Source: a virus
Taxonomy: Duplodnaviria > Heunggongvirae > Uroviricota > Caudoviricetes
Direction: 5' to 3' (one strand)
DNA: 39,611 bases
Virus record (IMG/VR): IMGVR_UViG_2563366977_000005
Coordinates: 1-39,611 of that record
Shown: positions 10,553 through 23,260 of the stretch, piece by piece
Layout: each line of letters opens with the position of its first letter
Position numbering within the stretch: position 1 is the first letter of the stretch
Translations under genes and position numbers: made by a program
Notes under the pieces: generated by a model
Told to the model about the DNA's origin: nothing
The model's database searches: none
What the model saw: only the letters and a program-made list of their open reading frames with translations

Positions 10553-11008
10553 CTATCTCCCGTGATTCAGGAAGTCGATTAGTTCTTCGCGTGTTGCGCT
10601 GTAAAAAGTCACGTCATCCACGCCTTTGAAGTATTTCTTGATGGTTCCTACACGCTTAAGGCCAATCATTGCGCAGTACATCTGCCCGTGGCGGAATTTG
10701 CGTGCAGCGAACGATGTGACGCACTGAACGGTGGTGTTAGTCAGAATGTATCGCCAGAACGCCAGACCGATTTCCTTGCTGAATCCACGAACCTCTGGCA
10801 GGTACATGGCGTGGCAATCGAATGTCAGCGGCTGAATCTCCTGATAGTAAACAATGCCGCCGAACTGCCCGTGCACGCTCACCTCAAAGTAACGGCATTC
10901 AGGTTTGTAGTCGTATCCATCGCCGTTGTTGCTCCCGGCGATAATGTCAGGGTGATTTCCGACTGCTTCTATCAGGTCGATGTTTCGCGTTGGTTTGAAT
11001 GTAATCAT
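10553..11008 (-). CDS. Virion protein in the position of P22 gene 14 (151 aa)
   Basis: Synteny between tail needle and gp7. Confidence 0.6.
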   Translation of the reverse strand: MITFKPTRNIDLIEAVGNHPDIIAGSNNGDGYDYKPECRYFEVSVHGQFGGIVYYQEIQPLTFDCHAMYLPEVRGFSKEIGLAFWRYILTNTTVQCVTSFAARKFRHGQMYCAMIGLKRVGTIKKYFKGVDDVTFYSATREELIDFLNHGR

Positions 11009-11709
11009 CAGTCAATCAGCCCATGTAATCTAAGTGCCGTTTCAAGCGCCAGAATACGCTGCCGCGCCTGCTGCAAACCTGTAGCGAGAGCTGCGACTTC
11101 GGATTGTGTGTACGTAGTGCCGACAGTGTATGACTGGTTAGCGTTGAATGAGCCAAGAAGTGGCGTACCTGTGGCTGCAGTCCATCCGGTATTTCTTTCT
11201 CCAACAACCTGAATTCCATCAACTGAATATGATGTTTTTACATCCAGCGATGACGCAAGAGACTGCGATTCGGTTACGGTTTTCGATACGTAATCACTCT
11301 TAATGTCAGATACATCGCTTTCTACGTCATCCAGTCTTTGGTCAACAGTGACCAGATGCGCCTGAATATCGATAACCTCATCCAGCAAGTAATCAACATC
11401 ACTACGCAGTACGACTATCTTCCCTTCGGCAGTTGTTAACCTGACCTCAAGGATATTTATCGCTTTTGTGTTTGCGGTGATTCTTGAATCGTGATCTGCC
11501 AGTTCGGCGTCCTGTTCATCGTTTTTCACCTGAGCATCGTAAGCGCCCTGACCAGCCTGGTTTGCCTTCCCGGCAATTGCGCCGACATCAGCACCCTGAT
11601 TTATGACATACAGCAGGTAAGACTGGCTGAATATATTGCGTGGCAAAATTGAAGCATCAAGGCGCGTAGCCTGAACCACGACAGGATCATTCAGTGATGA
11701 ATCAACCAT
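11008..11709 (-). CDS. Tail needle protein, P22 gp26-like (233 aa)
   Basis: Size identical to P22 gp26; coiled-coil-like sequence; synteny. Confidence 0.75.
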   Translation of the reverse strand: MVDSSLNDPVVVQATRLDASILPRNIFSQSYLLYVINQGADVGAIAGKANQAGQGAYDAQVKNDEQDAELADHDSRITANTKAINILEVRLTTAEGKIVVLRSDVDYLLDEVIDIQAHLVTVDQRLDDVESDVSDIKSDYVSKTVTESQSLASSLDVKTSYSVDGIQVVGERNTGWTAATGTPLLGSFNANQSYTVGTTYTQSEVAALATGLQQARQRILALETALRLHGLID

Positions 11710-13127
11710 TACTCAATCCTTATCTGGCAGCCTGACAGAGTGACAGGTGACTTAGTGATAACGCGCAATTTGAAGCCGACATTTTTCCTGATGCGCCCGA
11801 CACGCTTCCACAAAACACGTTTGTCGTAAACGAAAGGTTCATTCTGCTCAATCATCTGCTCACGACCATAATTTATGCCGTCAGTGGTTGCAGAGAGGAA
11901 CAGGCGGTCGGCGTACTGCGCAACTCCAGTTGACGATTCAACTTCAAGGTCGAAAACTCTGGCGTTATCCGCTTTGAACAACGGAGTAAACAGCAGGTGT
12001 TCCTGTTGCTTGTCGTACTGGCTGCTGATATCGAACTGCAATTTTCCTGTCATCGATTCAAGCTTATCGCCGCACGTTATCTGATTGCCTTCGTAAATGA
12101 AGTCGATAGCGCGGTACACATCGTCATACAGGCCTGTTTTCAGCACACACCATTGCGGACCATTGGCACTTGAAGATGCGTCGTATACTAGAACATGGCG
12201 CGGAAGGTGGATAATCAGCAACTCATGCGCATCAAATCGCAGCGATTCCATCACGCCATCAGCCAGTTCATCAGCAGTGTAGGAGCGGAGGATTTTCTCA
12301 ATGCTCGCGCTGGCGATTGGTGACTCCTGCCCGGAGCCGATGATATACACAGACGGCGCACCTGTTGCCGGATTGCTGATGAATGCATAGGAATCAGCAA
12401 ACGGCGTTTTGCAGTAAGTCCCGGCGATGCCTTTTTGCACCATCAGCGATGGCTGTGCGACATACAAAGCAGCACCAACGGTGGTTGCGCCAGTCAGGGA
12501 GAAATATTCAATCGTCGATGAACCAAAGCAGACGATGAAGTCTCGCCATGTGCCGATACCGATGATGCCGTCCGGCTGCGATTCTGCGCGATATTGTGCG
12601 CTGTAACGGTCAGGATGCGATTCGTCTTCAAGGTCAGTGATAAACCATGAATCAGTGCCGTCTTTTGACCACGCATAACGACCACGTAAGCGCGTAATGT
12701 CGCGAACTGAACCTAACTCGTACTGTGTGAATCCGCTGTCTGTAGGCCAGTTTGAGACGGTTTTAACCGTGCCATCATAGCGATACTCGACCAGTTGCCC
12801 GTTAACGCCAACCGCCTGTGATGTCCGACCATGCGCCATTGATACGCGACCACTTCCGGCAACATCACCGACTTCACTTTCGCCTTTGTAAAGCTTCCCA
12901 CCACACACGCGATAAACAGCATTCTGCGCCATGTTGTACTCGACGCCGCGCGATACGCCGTTCACATCAGAACGTTTGGCAATGCCCGGGAATGAGCGAA
13001 GATATCCGCTGCTGTTCAGGATTTCTTTGGGTGTAGCCAACATATTCACTGGCAGATAGTCGATATAGTCGGCGTTTCGGAAGTCTTTTCCGACACCTTT
13101 CATAAGCGGAAGTTGCTGAATCGGCAT
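11709..13127 (-). CDS. Tail hub/adaptor protein, P22 gp10-like (472 aa)
   Basis: Size identical to P22 gp10; synteny. Confidence 0.8.
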   Translation of the reverse strand: MPIQQLPLMKGVGKDFRNADYIDYLPVNMLATPKEILNSSGYLRSFPGIAKRSDVNGVSRGVEYNMAQNAVYRVCGGKLYKGESEVGDVAGSGRVSMAHGRTSQAVGVNGQLVEYRYDGTVKTVSNWPTDSGFTQYELGSVRDITRLRGRYAWSKDGTDSWFITDLEDESHPDRYSAQYRAESQPDGIIGIGTWRDFIVCFGSSTIEYFSLTGATTVGAALYVAQPSLMVQKGIAGTYCKTPFADSYAFISNPATGAPSVYIIGSGQESPIASASIEKILRSYTADELADGVMESLRFDAHELLIIHLPRHVLVYDASSSANGPQWCVLKTGLYDDVYRAIDFIYEGNQITCGDKLESMTGKLQFDISSQYDKQQEHLLFTPLFKADNARVFDLEVESSTGVAQYADRLFLSATTDGINYGREQMIEQNEPFVYDKRVLWKRVGRIRKNVGFKLRVITKSPVTLSGCQIRIE

Positions 13128-13604
13128 TATTTGCTCCCGTTATCGCAAGGTTCCTTTCGGTGGAAGTAATTACAACCGTTCCACTTCGCCAACTGGTTTC
13201 CACTGCCAACAGGCATACGGTTTGGATAACCGGACTTACATTTTGCGGCTTTTGCTCTGTCCATTGCAGACAGTTTGACGAGTCGCTCTTTCCCGTATCT
13301 GGCAGTGGTTATAAGTTTTGCAGACGCTTCCAGCGCATAATCCGGAGCAATGCGGCAGGCAAGGTTGAAAATGACGGCATTGATAGCGTTATTTGATAAA
13401 CCGTGTTCATCGCCAGGATCTGGAGCGACATCTGCATCAGCGAAAATGTAGCCAACGTTGATACCTGGTGACGCATCACCGCCAAGCCATTCCGCCATCA
13501 TCATTTCAAGGTCGTTGACACCATCTTCCATGGACTGAGGTTCGACATCGGTTAACGTGGCATTTGATGCCACACCGAGCTTACGTAATGCCGCAAGAAC
13601 TAAA

Positions 13605-13627
<23 letters not shown>
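13127..13627 (-). CDS. Head-tail adaptor protein, P22 gp4-like (166 aa)
   Basis: From the internal Met ([21 protein letters not shown]...) the protein aligns with recalled P22 gp4; the upstream in-frame QS-repeat extension is judged not part of the gene. Confidence 0.8.
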
Positions 13628-13877
<250 letters not shown>

Positions 13878-13889
13878 GCTTGTCTCCAG

Positions 13890-13913
13890 ATAAAAAAGGG
13901 AGCCGAAGCTCCC
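13890..13913 (-). terminator. Intrinsic terminator just downstream of the coat gene
   Basis: On the - strand: GGGAGC-TTCG-GCTCCC hairpin followed by TTTTTTAT. Confidence 0.65.
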
Positions 13914-13921
13914 TCTGGTTA

Positions 13922-15217
13922 TCACGCGGTCTGGTTAGGCAGACCAACACCAATTGCCTCTGGTCGTACAGCACATGCTGAATACCACACAGCAATACGG
14001 CACTTACCAGACAGAGTGTTGATATCACCCTGCGTTGCGAAGATGCCGTTAACACCAATACCAGGAATGCTGAAGGAAGACGTTTTCATGCCAGCAAACA
14101 GTTCATGGGTTACCGGGATCGGCTGAGACAGCAGACGGATTGAGTCATCAGCCCAGAACACGTTAGCGGTGGTTGTTGCCACGTTCAGAACGTTCACCGG
14201 AGTGTTATCAGCAAGAGAGGTGTTTACATTAGCGTAAGCCTTCTCTTCTTTTGTCAGTGACGCGTCATCAAGTGCAATCGGCTTCGGCGTGATTTCGATG
14301 TGAGTACTATCGATCACACGGGTGATTGAGAAAGTCGCATCATCAGTCAGCACGTTCTTCGCCATCTGAGACAGGAATTTCACACCAGTGAAGCTGATTT
14401 TGTCGCCGCGCTTAAATCCTGTGGTGGAGGATACGGTCACCGTTGCAACACGGTTGTCGACGTTCTCTTTGTTACCATCGGTATCAAGGGTGTATGCCTG
14501 CGGCTTAAACTTCTGCGCACCAGAAACAGTTACACCAGTAGCGGTTGACTTGGTAACTGCCGGAAGTTTCGGTGAGCGAAGAATTTCATCAAAGCCAGCA
14601 ATCTGACGCTGAATAGTACCGTTACGATACGCTTCTTCAGGAACGCGACCAAAGATGTCACCATCTACCAGGTTGCGGCCTGCTTTGCGGTAATCGTCAG
14701 GGTTCAGGAAGTAACTGATGCCCATATCGCGGTTTAGCTCACGGGAGAACATCAGGCGCTCTGCATCAGACACAAAATCCCAGCCAGACAGGCCAGTAGA
14801 TGGACCAATTGCGCGGGTATCGTGAACAACAAGCGAGCCCATTTCAGTTGCCTGTTTGGCAATCGCTGACTCAATGTTATTCGCCAGTTTTTTGGCGGAT
14901 GCCTGGATGCGGCGACGGTAAGAACGCTCATCACGCAGGTCATCTGCACGAAGCTCGAAGAAATCGTTATCCGGATCGCCCATGTTGCATTTCACGGACA
15001 GTTCCAGAATACCGGTAGCGTTGCCAGTTAAATCCCAGCCAGTCTGAGTTGGCGCTTCCTGCTCAACAGGCATCCACACGGTGTTGCTTGAACGTTGCAT
15101 GGATTCTGCCGGAGGGGTGTATTTTGTCACTTTGGACGCCATTGGCGTCAGGTTCTGGACGGTTTCGATGATTTCATCCAGAGCATACGTGACCAGTTGA
15201 CCTTCATTTAATGCCAT
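13922..15217 (-). CDS. Major coat protein, P22 gp5-like (431 aa)
   Basis: Translation aligns along its length with the recalled P22 coat protein (MALNEGQ...GVGLPNQTA). Confidence 0.92.
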   Translation of the reverse strand: MALNEGQLVTYALDEIIETVQNLTPMASKVTKYTPPAESMQRSSNTVWMPVEQEAPTQTGWDLTGNATGILELSVKCNMGDPDNDFFELRADDLRDERSYRRRIQASAKKLANNIESAIAKQATEMGSLVVHDTRAIGPSTGLSGWDFVSDAERLMFSRELNRDMGISYFLNPDDYRKAGRNLVDGDIFGRVPEEAYRNGTIQRQIAGFDEILRSPKLPAVTKSTATGVTVSGAQKFKPQAYTLDTDGNKENVDNRVATVTVSSTTGFKRGDKISFTGVKFLSQMAKNVLTDDATFSITRVIDSTHIEITPKPIALDDASLTKEEKAYANVNTSLADNTPVNVLNVATTTANVFWADDSIRLLSQPIPVTHELFAGMKTSSFSIPGIGVNGIFATQGDINTLSGKCRIAVWYSACAVRPEAIGVGLPNQTA

Positions 15218-16128
15218 TATCGAATTCCTTTATTCAGTTGCGCCTTGAGCTTGCGGTACGTCTCTACATCCCCTTTGTTTGCTGCCGCCTCCATCTGCTT
15301 TTCAATCGCAGAGATATTTGCAGCAACAGCATGTCCCTGAATGGGTTCATCAGGTAACGGGGCTTCTGAAACAGGCTTGGCTCGAGGCTTGAGAGTTAAA
15401 CGTTCTGACAGTCGAGTGAGTTCAATCAGTGCGGATTGCCCGTCCATCGCCAGCAACTGGCGTGTTTTCTCAGGATTAGCACCAAGGTGATACATGAGAG
15501 CAGCGGATTTCTCCGGGAAGAGGCGCATGATGTCGGCACCGACTGCTGGCGGCACCAGTTGCATGAATGCATCCTCTTTCTCCTGATAGTCAGGGATATT
15601 GAGCTTTTCCGCTGCGTCGTAGTGCTTACGGGCTGCCTCGACGTATTGCGCTGATTGCTGGGTGAACTCCTGAGTTTTGCGACCCTGCTCGGCGACAGCC
15701 TGGCTTCGTGCGTCCATAGCCTTGATCTGCCATTCACTGTTTGCCTGCTGGAAGGCAGCCAGTGCGCGGCTCTGGTCATAGTCGTACTTAGCCAGTGCAT
15801 CTTCGGAAAGATAATCGTTAGGGTCTGGTTGTTTTGGTAACTCAGGGTTCACCCGCAGGTGCTCCGGCAACTCTCCACGCTTAACCGCTTCCATCTGCTG
15901 CTCAAGCTCACGCTGGCGTTTGCGTTCGATGCGGCGACGGGCAAATTCAGCATTAGTTGCCGGGTCTTGTTTTGGTTTCTCATCGTCTTTCAGGACAATC
16001 TCGAAGCCTTCTTCCTGACCTGCGTTGTCGTTGGCATTATCGACAACTAAGCCATCAGCAGATGCCGCTGCATGATTGCCGGGCATGGTTAATTCTTCAG
16101 AAGCCTGAATGTCGGTGGTTTGGTCCAT
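15217..16128 (-). CDS. Scaffolding protein, P22 gp8-like (303 aa)
   Basis: Size identical to P22 gp8; charged coiled-coil-like sequence; synteny. Confidence 0.85.
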   Translation of the reverse strand: MDQTTDIQASEELTMPGNHAAASADGLVVDNANDNAGQEEGFEIVLKDDEKPKQDPATNAEFARRRIERKRQRELEQQMEAVKRGELPEHLRVNPELPKQPDPNDYLSEDALAKYDYDQSRALAAFQQANSEWQIKAMDARSQAVAEQGRKTQEFTQQSAQYVEAARKHYDAAEKLNIPDYQEKEDAFMQLVPPAVGADIMRLFPEKSAALMYHLGANPEKTRQLLAMDGQSALIELTRLSERLTLKPRAKPVSEAPLPDEPIQGHAVAANISAIEKQMEAAANKGDVETYRKLKAQLNKGIR

Positions 16129-16141
16129 GATTAACTCTCTC

Positions 16142-18307
16142 TTATTGAGGTGTCTCGGCTACTCCGCCGGAGGGGATTTGAACTTGACGCATAAGATTCG
16201 CGAAATCCATGCGTTGTGAATGAGTCTGGTCTGCATCTTTAAGAAGCAGCTCAGCGTTAGCACGAGCATCTTTGCTGCGCTGTTGCTGGAATTGACCTAC
16301 GAGCTTGAGGTACTCACGCAGTTCTGCCTGCTTGTCGAGGTCCATATTGTTGAAGATTTCTGCAATCTTCGCGGCGTTGAGTTGGTTTTGGGCTTCAACC
16401 TTGGCGGCTTCAACCTGAATCTGCGCCTGTTGGTTCTCTGCCTTGAGCAATTCAGCCTGACCTTGCAGAAGGATACCCTGCGCCTGAATTTGCTCTGCTG
16501 ATGGCTGCTGCGGCTGTTGTTGTGCCTGCTGCACCATCTCCATCTCTTCAGGTGTTTCTGGTTTCTTCAGCCCCATCATCACCAGTTGCTTGTTCGCGTA
16601 CTCTCGCATCATCTCGACGCCTTTACCGTCAAGCAACGTGAAGTATTGCAGCATCAGCATCTGGAACTCTGGAGTACCTTGCGGAACCTTGGTTAGCAAC
16701 TCCTGAATCTCTGCGCGATTCTGTTCCTTCATGCTCTGGAAGGATGGCCCAACGTCTGTATAGCACTCATAGCGACCGCGAATGTCGTTGAGTGTGACCA
16801 CATTGCCGGACTGGTAATCGACAACTTGCGCATAGAGTTGAACGTCTTTCTCGCTTCCATCTTCGAGTGTCAGCGTTACATGACGAGGAACGTCATAAAT
16901 ATCGTTGACCATTGAGGCATAAATCTCGCCATCACGTCGCATTGCGGTAGCCAGGTTATCCTGAAACACGTATGTCTCAAGGTCTGCCCGCATGTTCAGT
17001 TGATTGACGGTATCGAAAGCGACCTGAGAGTTTGCTGCCTGCGCATCCACACCAAGACTAGCCACCTCTTTCACTGCGTTGGTGGCAGCCTCAAGCATGT
17101 AAGCGTTGGCTTGCGGAACTTCAGGGTTTTCCATGTAGGAGATTGGACCAATCGGCAGGTCGTTACCGTTTTCATCGGTCCTGTTCTGCAGATAGTACGG
17201 ATAGTCATCATTTCCACCGTACATGTATTCGTAGCCTTCGATTTGCTCAGGGAAGAAGGTCGGTTTCTTCTTCGGTGAACGAGCAACAATATCGGCGTTG
17301 AACGACATGATCATGTTACGAAGGCGTTGACCGTCTTTCGTCAGCCTTACCACTCCTTCGTAGCACTCCTTGTCACCAGCGAATGACCATTCGCCATACA
17401 CTGGAACGATTGGAATATGCTCTCCGGCTATCTTCTCGCGGTCTTTCAGTATCTGCGTGCAGGTGATGATCGACTTATACACACGCCGACGCTTCACCTT
17501 ACGCTCTGCTACCTTAATGAATCCACGATTAGCCAGGTCGTCGATGACGTCTTTGATATCCTGCTGGTAATAGCTGACCGGCTCACCTGTCAGCGGGTCG
17601 CGGTAGATGAAGACTTTCTCTTTCTTCTCTTCGACCTCGTAATACTCAGCGACGTAGACGACATCATTCGATACCCACGGAAACAGCCATGTATCGTTCG
17701 GATTCTGGAAAGATGGCAAGGTGTCAGGATCAATACCGTAATCCTCTGCGAACTCTTTCCAGCCATTGCGTGACAAAGCGTTAATCACCGTGCAGTGCTT
17801 AGCGTCGCTCTTATCCATCTGCTTGCTGTTGGCGTCCCATATGACGTGTGAGCAGGCTTCATGGATTGGCAGGCGTCGGATTACCTGATTGTTGCTTGTT
17901 GGGTCGTTGTCTTCGTACTGGGTGACCAGACGCCATGCACCAACGCCGGACTCTATCTGCTCACGAACGCCAACGTTAACGGCAATTTTTGCCGTGTTAT
18001 GGCGCATATCAGTACGATACATCCCCATCAGCACATCGGCAGCATCAGGATTAGCGCCGTCTTTGGGTCGGAAGAGAACGTCGATAGGGTTCCGGCGCAT
18101 CTCTGCGACCAGTTTCCTGACCACCGGGCGAACAACATCGAATTGTCCGCGATATTGCAGGGTAGTGTAGTTTGATAGCCAGTCATCCCATTGCGACACT
18201 CGGCTAAAATACAGGTCATTTGTCGCCTCGGTTCTGGCTTCATCGCTCGCCATCCAGTCCGCGTCAAACTTACACAGAATGGAATTGAGTCTGTTTTCGT
18301 CGGCCAT
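16142..18307 (-). CDS. Portal protein, P22 gp1-like (721 aa)
   Basis: Size and synteny; Gln-rich C-terminal barrel region. Confidence 0.9.
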   Translation of the reverse strand: MADENRLNSILCKFDADWMASDEARTEATNDLYFSRVSQWDDWLSNYTTLQYRGQFDVVRPVVRKLVAEMRRNPIDVLFRPKDGANPDAADVLMGMYRTDMRHNTAKIAVNVGVREQIESGVGAWRLVTQYEDNDPTSNNQVIRRLPIHEACSHVIWDANSKQMDKSDAKHCTVINALSRNGWKEFAEDYGIDPDTLPSFQNPNDTWLFPWVSNDVVYVAEYYEVEEKKEKVFIYRDPLTGEPVSYYQQDIKDVIDDLANRGFIKVAERKVKRRRVYKSIITCTQILKDREKIAGEHIPIVPVYGEWSFAGDKECYEGVVRLTKDGQRLRNMIMSFNADIVARSPKKKPTFFPEQIEGYEYMYGGNDDYPYYLQNRTDENGNDLPIGPISYMENPEVPQANAYMLEAATNAVKEVASLGVDAQAANSQVAFDTVNQLNMRADLETYVFQDNLATAMRRDGEIYASMVNDIYDVPRHVTLTLEDGSEKDVQLYAQVVDYQSGNVVTLNDIRGRYECYTDVGPSFQSMKEQNRAEIQELLTKVPQGTPEFQMLMLQYFTLLDGKGVEMMREYANKQLVMMGLKKPETPEEMEMVQQAQQQPQQPSAEQIQAQGILLQGQAELLKAENQQAQIQVEAAKVEAQNQLNAAKIAEIFNNMDLDKQAELREYLKLVGQFQQQRSKDARANAELLLKDADQTHSQRMDFANLMRQVQIPSGGVAETPQ

Positions 18308-19807
18308 TTAAGTTCTCCGTGCGATGGGCCTGATTGGGGCTGGTATCTTTTTCTCTTTTGGTTTTTTGATGTCGCGCATCATTTTGGCGAAGCGGCGCAT
18401 CATGTATGCATAGCGAACGGCTGAGAGAACGTCGTCGTTAAGCTTGACGATCTTCCCGTTTTCATCACGGTGATAGAGGCGGAACTCCTCAAAGAATGGC
18501 TCACAGGTGTTGAATACTTTGAAGCGACCATCGAGCATCATGTCGCGCAATTCAGTGATGCCAGGCTCCACAGCATTACCGCCATCAGGCCATGTCGCAT
18601 GCTCCTGCAACATCATAAAACCAGCGTCTGCATACTGCCCTTTGAGCTGCTCACCGCCGCCCTTCTCATGCTGGTTTCCGTCATGAGGCCATGCGGTTGG
18701 CACTTTATGCGCCCATGATTTAACGGCCCCCCACGTCTGAACGGCTGTTTTTTCTTTCGCCTTCCACACGCGTGAAACGTAGATTGTGTCTGCGTCCTTA
18801 TCCCACCAAAGCTGAACCTGCGCCTGCGGGTGATCCCATCCGAAATCCATCCCGCCAATTACGTAGAAGTGATCAGGACACTCGAACGGCTGACACTTAA
18901 TCGTCTCTTCCGGTATCTGGAAGATTCGACCACTACCCATCGTAGGAATACCGCGAGCACGCGCCTCTCTCTCATGCTCAGGATAGGATGCGATGATTTG
19001 CTCTTTCTGCTCGTCGGTGTAGTGCTCAGCGTCATAGATGGTCATGTTGACCACTTTCTGCGACTTGCTGGGGTTCTTCAGGAACTTGGTAACAACGTCA
19101 GACATCCCCATCAACGGGGTAAACGTCAGAATTGAGAATTGACCGTATTTGTTGGTACGGGTAAGACCTTCACCATAAATGCTGTATGGTGGTTCTTCGT
19201 CAAACCACACGCCGTGGATTGTGTCACCCTGCCAGCGAGCACGGCCTTGCGAGTATGGTTTGAAGTAGCAGATTGAAATGCCATCTTCAACGCCATCAGC
19301 CGTGTGATGCTTAACCAGAAGATGATCAACAAGGTTCGGAAAGAAAGGAGACTTCTTCCAGCTAATGATGTCCTCTTTCGGTATTGAACCGTAGCCCGGT
19401 TCATCATTCTCTTCAATACGACCGCACAGGATGCGTTGAGTCGTTTTGGTTACCGTCTCGTTTGTCTCGCCGCCAATCCAGAATACAACAGGCTCATAGA
19501 AACGCTTACCTTTCCACTCACCGCCATATTTACCATCAGCAGGATAGCCTTTTGTGCCCGGATAACGCCCTGTAAGGTGAAACGCGACTTCAGCAGCACC
19601 AGTAAATGACTTACCAAGCTGGTTACCAGCCATAAAACAGCGCTCTGGATAGTCACGCCCGGCGTCGATGAACTCACGCTGTTTGCTGTATGGCGTAAAT
19701 TCATATAGCAGGTGTGTGTTCCGGTAGTTCTCTTCTTCTTCGAGTAGCTCGAGCAATTCTATTTGCTCTTCGTCGCTCAAGTTATCAAGAATCGCGTCCA
19801 GTTCCAC
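18308..19807 (-). CDS. Terminase large subunit, P22 gp2-like (499 aa)
   Basis: Size identical to P22 gp2; synteny with the small subunit. Confidence 0.9.
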   Translation of the reverse strand: MELDAILDNLSDEEQIELLELLEEEENYRNTHLLYEFTPYSKQREFIDAGRDYPERCFMAGNQLGKSFTGAAEVAFHLTGRYPGTKGYPADGKYGGEWKGKRFYEPVVFWIGGETNETVTKTTQRILCGRIEENDEPGYGSIPKEDIISWKKSPFFPNLVDHLLVKHHTADGVEDGISICYFKPYSQGRARWQGDTIHGVWFDEEPPYSIYGEGLTRTNKYGQFSILTFTPLMGMSDVVTKFLKNPSKSQKVVNMTIYDAEHYTDEQKEQIIASYPEHEREARARGIPTMGSGRIFQIPEETIKCQPFECPDHFYVIGGMDFGWDHPQAQVQLWWDKDADTIYVSRVWKAKEKTAVQTWGAVKSWAHKVPTAWPHDGNQHEKGGGEQLKGQYADAGFMMLQEHATWPDGGNAVEPGITELRDMMLDGRFKVFNTCEPFFEEFRLYHRDENGKIVKLNDDVLSAVRYAYMMRRFAKMMRDIKKPKEKKIPAPIRPIARRT

Positions 19808-20273
19808 GGTTGAATAGCTCCTTGATACGAGAGCGTCGCTTATCGCGATCTCCCTTATCAGGTGTCACGTCTTCAACTTGCGACTGCTCTTTGAGGCCCA
19901 AATCACGGGCGATGATGTTAGCGTTGAGAAGGTCAGCGGCTGCGCCAGAGAATTTCTGGTCGTAGATGACCTGTTCTGCTCGCGTAACGACTTCAGATAA
20001 ATCTTCTCGCAGGCGATATGTGCGCCATGTTTCAAGCGTCACATCAATAAACAGAGTGAGGCCGGTAATGGTCATCGCTCGCATCTTGGCGATAGGCTCT
20101 TGTATCACTTCACCTTGATACGAGAACGCCTTCATCTCCCATAGCGGGTTAGCTTCTACCCACTCGAAGTATTCACAACAAGCAGCCCACAGCGCCTCAG
20201 GCGATTCGAATTTAGGATTTCGCCCATGACTACTGCGGGCCTCCCAAAATCGGTTGCCCTTTGGTGCTGCCAT
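19785..20273 (-). CDS. Terminase small subunit, P22 gp3-like (162 aa)
   Basis: Size identical to P22 gp3 and sequence resembles it as recalled; 23-nt overlap with the large subunit. Confidence 0.85.
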   Translation of the reverse strand: MAAPKGNRFWEARSSHGRNPKFESPEALWAACCEYFEWVEANPLWEMKAFSYQGEVIQEPIAKMRAMTITGLTLFIDVTLETWRTYRLREDLSEVVTRAEQVIYDQKFSGAAADLLNANIIARDLGLKEQSQVEDVTPDKGDRDKRRSRIKELFNRGTGRDS

Positions 20274-20352
20274 ATTGATTATTTCCCTTCTGCTTGCTTA
20301 TCCCATTCATCGCGGAATTTGGATGGGTTGTCGAAACCTTGAGTTGCCATGT

Positions 20353-20595
20353 TTACGCTTCGGTAGTGAACAGGTCTAACGCTTCCTTCGATTTACGTAC
20401 CGCTTCGATAGTGCGGGTCGTGATATCTGAATTAGCGCCGCCTGACTGGAAGTGAATTTTGAATAGCTCAAGCTTCAGCTCGTCAGTGCCAATGAATTGA
20501 AATGCTTCTTCTGCGGCTGCGTTCTGGTTCATGGCCAGTTTGTAAATCTCTAACTGGAATTTCTGTTCTTCAGTCATGGGAATAATCTCTGCCAT
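20353..20595 (-). CDS. Hypothetical protein (80 aa) upstream of the terminase genes
   Basis: ORF with plausible composition at the start of the late operon. Confidence 0.5.
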   Translation of the reverse strand: MAEIIPMTEEQKFQLEIYKLAMNQNAAAEEAFQFIGTDELKLELFKIHFQSGGANSDITTRTIEAVRKSKEALDLFTTEA

Positions 20596-20664
20596 TGTTG
20601 GCTCCGTTTATCCGTTAAAAGGGATATCAGTTAAGTTATCCCGTGTAGGGTATAAGCCATTGTC

Positions 20665-20687
20665 GAGACCATTCATTGAATGGTCTC
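20665..20687. repeat. Perfect 23-bp palindrome GAGACCATTCA-T-TGAATGGTCTC
   Basis: Directly visible; 11-bp arms, 1-nt spacer, no flanking T-tract. Confidence 0.9.
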
Positions 20688-20953
20688 TGCAATAACCGAT
20701 GTCTTTCCATCAGTCCGCCACCACAAAGAATCTTTTTTGCCATAAGGCTGGAGGTTCATCTTTCAGTGGCTGCCAGTGTTATTTCCCCACTTACTGGCTT
20801 GGGTTGTTTCGCTGTACTGCCGTTAATTAGTGACCAGAAATTAACTCCGGTTTCATTATCAAGCCCACCCGTAGATGGGATTTGTAATGGATAGCCGTTG
20901 CTCAGTTCTCGTAATGCTTTGATTTTTTCGATAACGCAGTTTTGCGTTTGCCA

Positions 20954-21475
20954 TCAGCACGCGATATCGAGAGTCAACTGCAGTTGCTCGCGCCAGTACT
21001 CGACATTTGCTTCAATAACCGGCTTATCCCATCGCCAGCGAGCCATCTCTCTTGCCCCATTGCTGACTTTTGATTTCCGGTCATCGCGAATGCGACATGC
21101 TTGCTCATATTTCTGCTGCTCAGTCAGTTCACCGCGAAGCAGACTATCAATGTGCAGGTCGCACCATACGGAGAATTTCGGATCGCACCATCTTGCAAAG
21201 GCAACTGATAACTTTGGATGCAGCCATGTTCCGCCACCCCTGTCCTTTCGTGCCTTGCTTGTTTTTACATACCCGGAATCACGGGTATGTAGAATTTTCG
21301 ATGGTTCACCTGAATAAACCTCATCCAGAGCTCTAACGTATTCGAGAGTTTCAGCGTTGGACAACCAGTGATCCAGACGCTTCCCGAAACGTTTTGCAAT
21401 ATCAGTGGCATTAATCCAGCCATCAGTATTGAAGCGGATAGGTTCGCCTTTGTAATTTAGTGGAACGATATTCAT
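20954..21475 (-). CDS. KilA-N domain protein (173 aa)
   Basis: N-terminal region resembles the KilA-N DNA-binding domain as recalled; located between lysis genes and terminase. Confidence 0.65.
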   Translation of the reverse strand: MNIVPLNYKGEPIRFNTDGWINATDIAKRFGKRLDHWLSNAETLEYVRALDEVYSGEPSKILHTRDSGYVKTSKARKDRGGGTWLHPKLSVAFARWCDPKFSVWCDLHIDSLLRGELTEQQKYEQACRIRDDRKSKVSNGAREMARWRWDKPVIEANVEYWREQLQLTLDIAC

Positions 21476-21620
21476 AGCGTCTTACCTTTTAGAAAGATGA
21501 GCCTGTTCGCACAGAAAAGCCGCCCCGAGATGGTCGCCACCATATACGGCAGTTCTCAGGCTCAGCTTTCTGAAAGACTCGGGATTGTTACGCGCTGCGA
21601 TGCGCGGTTTACTGCAGATG

Positions 21621-21645
21621 TAAAAAAGCCCCGCAAATGCGAGGC
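21621..21645 (-). terminator. Intrinsic terminator downstream of the lysis cassette
   Basis: On the - strand: GCCTCGC-ATTT-GCGGGGC hairpin (one G-U pair) followed by TTTTTTAC. Confidence 0.5.
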
Positions 21646-21659
21646 TAAATCCTGGTATT

Positions 21660-21812
21660 TGTAATGACTGGCTCTTATCTCAACGCAGCCCCTTGCCGCG
21701 CGCCAGATGCTCAATATCAAGCATCAGCAATGAGATATTTAATCCGGATTCACTCCAGAAGTGTTCACCACCCTGCCTACAGAGCCAGATGTGAAGGATG
21801 ATGAGTAAAATT
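21660..21812 (-). CDS. Candidate small membrane protein (50 aa, [17 protein letters not shown]...)
   Basis: AGGA 5 nt upstream of ATG; starts 8 nt after Rz stop; hydrophobic N-terminus; followed by the terminator above. Confidence 0.3.
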
Positions 21813-21819
21813 ATCGCTA

Positions 21820-22299
21820 TCATCGAAGGCATTGCGTCCTGATGTATTCCTGAAGCGTTCTTAGTGCTGTTTGGTCGCGGATAATTCCGTCCCGGATACC
21901 GAGAACGTTTCGTCCAGCAACTGGAGAGAGTTCGACGGTGGCATCATTGCCCATGCCGGAGGCGATGGAGGTTTCGCCTGAGGATGGCACAGGGCATTTT
22001 CCTTTGACGAGCACCCTGCCACCATTATCAAGCTTGCGCCGAAGAGCATCATTTTCAGCTTTCGCATCAGCTAACTCCTTCGTGTATTTAGCATCGAGTG
22101 CATCAGCATCACGCTGGCGCTGCTGCATGTCAGTAATGGTAGCGTTCACCTTCTCCAGTTCACTGGCCTTGCTATCGCGCTGCTCTTTGTAGGCGATGGC
22201 GTTATCACGGTAATGATTAACAGCCCATGACAGGCAGACGATGATGCAGATAACCAGAGCGGAGATAATCGCGGTGACTCTGCTCATTGCTGTCCCCAC
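21820..22299 (-). CDS. Rz: Rz, inner-membrane spanin subunit (159 aa)
   Basis: N-terminal TM segment, coiled-coil body; resembles recalled lambda Rz; embedded Rz1 ORF. Confidence 0.85.
   Translation of the reverse strand: MGTAMSRVTAIISALVICIIVCLSWAVNHYRDNAIAYKEQRDSKASELEKVNATITDMQQRQRDADALDAKYTKELADAKAENDALRRKLDNGGRVLVKGKCPVPSSGETSIASGMGNDATVELSPVAGRNVLGIRDGIIRDQTALRTLQEYIRTQCLR
21861..22067 (-). CDS. Rz1: Rz1, outer-membrane lipoprotein spanin subunit embedded in Rz
   Basis: Alternate frame inside Rz; lipobox-like LIMVAGC; Pro-rich (PPSPPAW) like lambda Rz1. Confidence 0.7.
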   Translation of the reverse strand: MRKLKMMLFGASLIMVAGCSSKENALCHPQAKPPSPPAWAMMPPSNSLQLLDETFSVSGTELSATKQH

Positions 22300-22787
22300 A
22301 AACAGACTTCACGCTCAATCTCACGGCGAGTCATCAGCCCTTTCCATTGCTTACCGCCAGCGTATGTCCAGCGACGTAGCTGGTCACATGCGCCCTTGAT
22401 ATCGCCCTGGTTGATTTTGCGAAGAAGCGTCGATGTTCTGAAATTGCCAGCACCCACGTTATAAACGAACGAATAAAGAGCGCCGCGCGTTGTTTCCGGT
22501 ATATCGACTTTGATGTACGGGTTAATTTGTCTGGCGACCGTGGCAAGGTCTTTATTCAGGAGGGCTTTGCATTCTGCTTCGGTATACGTTTTACCGAGCA
22601 TGATGTCTTTTCCGGTGTGTCCGTGACATACAGTCCATACACCAACAATATCTTTGTATGGTATGTAGCTGACACCTTCCAGACCATCGTTACCACTTGG
22701 GCCAGTGATTAACACAGATGCTATAGCAATAGCCCCGCCACTTATCGCCGCTATTACGCTATTTCGTAGTGCCGGTGACATTGCCAT
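22284..22787 (-). CDS. Endolysin with N-terminal signal-anchor (SAR-type lysozyme), 167 aa
   Basis: Gly/Ala-rich weakly hydrophobic N-terminus followed by a lysozyme-like domain; overlaps holin end. Confidence 0.8.
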   Translation of the reverse strand: MAMSPALRNSVIAAISGGAIAIASVLITGPSGNDGLEGVSYIPYKDIVGVWTVCHGHTGKDIMLGKTYTEAECKALLNKDLATVARQINPYIKVDIPETTRGALYSFVYNVGAGNFRTSTLLRKINQGDIKGACDQLRRWTYAGGKQWKGLMTRREIEREVCLWGQQ

Positions 22788-22962
22788 TCAATCTGTCCTC
22801 GCGCTCTTTGCGCTTGTAGTACCAGTTGATGCCAAATGTGCCGACAGTACAAAGAATACCAATGATGACAGCCCAGTCATTCAGGGAGAGAATGCCACCC
22901 ATCGCAGTCAGTCCTCCGAAGCTGTAACTGAACCATTCTCTGATTTTGTCCATACGGTACAT
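22759..22962 (-). CDS. Holin, class II / phage 21 pinholin-like (67 aa)
   Basis: Two hydrophobic segments and a charged C-terminus; immediately upstream of and overlapping the endolysin. Confidence 0.7.
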   Translation of the reverse strand: MYRMDKIREWFSYSFGGLTAMGGILSLNDWAVIIGILCTVGTFGINWYYKRKEREDRLNGNVTGTTK

Positions 22963-23081
22963 GCTCTACCCCTTCATTGAGGGGATTTGCTCTATTTAAT
23001 TAGGAATAAGGTCGATTACTGATAGAACAAATCCAGGCTACTGTGTTTAGTAATCAGATTTGTTCGTGACCGATATGCACG

Positions 23082-23119
23082 GGCAAAACGGCATGAGGTT
23101 GTTAGCGCAACCTCCTGCC
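23082..23119 (-). terminator. tR'-like hairpin upstream of the holin
   Basis: 12-bp stem with one mismatch followed by GTTTTGCC on the - strand; matches the recalled lambda sequence upstream of S. Confidence 0.5.
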
Positions 23120-23260
23120 ACCCGCTTTCACGAAGCCAGCCATTGCGCTGGTTTTCTTTTATGCAAAGCACACCGCACCGTAGCCACAGCGGATAAGGTG
23201 ATTATTTTGGTCTGTCTGGTATTTGGTTTGATGCGCTTTCAGAAAGGTCGTGCTTAAAAC

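Noticed and set aside
20676-21336. + strand ORFs 20676-20894, 20898-21317 and 21070-21336
   Set aside because: Cys/Ser/Arg-rich junk-like translations that overlap the KilA-N gene or run antisense in the late operon.
23060-23257. 65-aa + strand ORF between holin and Q ending just before a hairpin
   Set aside because: It lies in a region matching lambda non-coding sequence upstream of S and is antisense to the late leader; most likely not coding.
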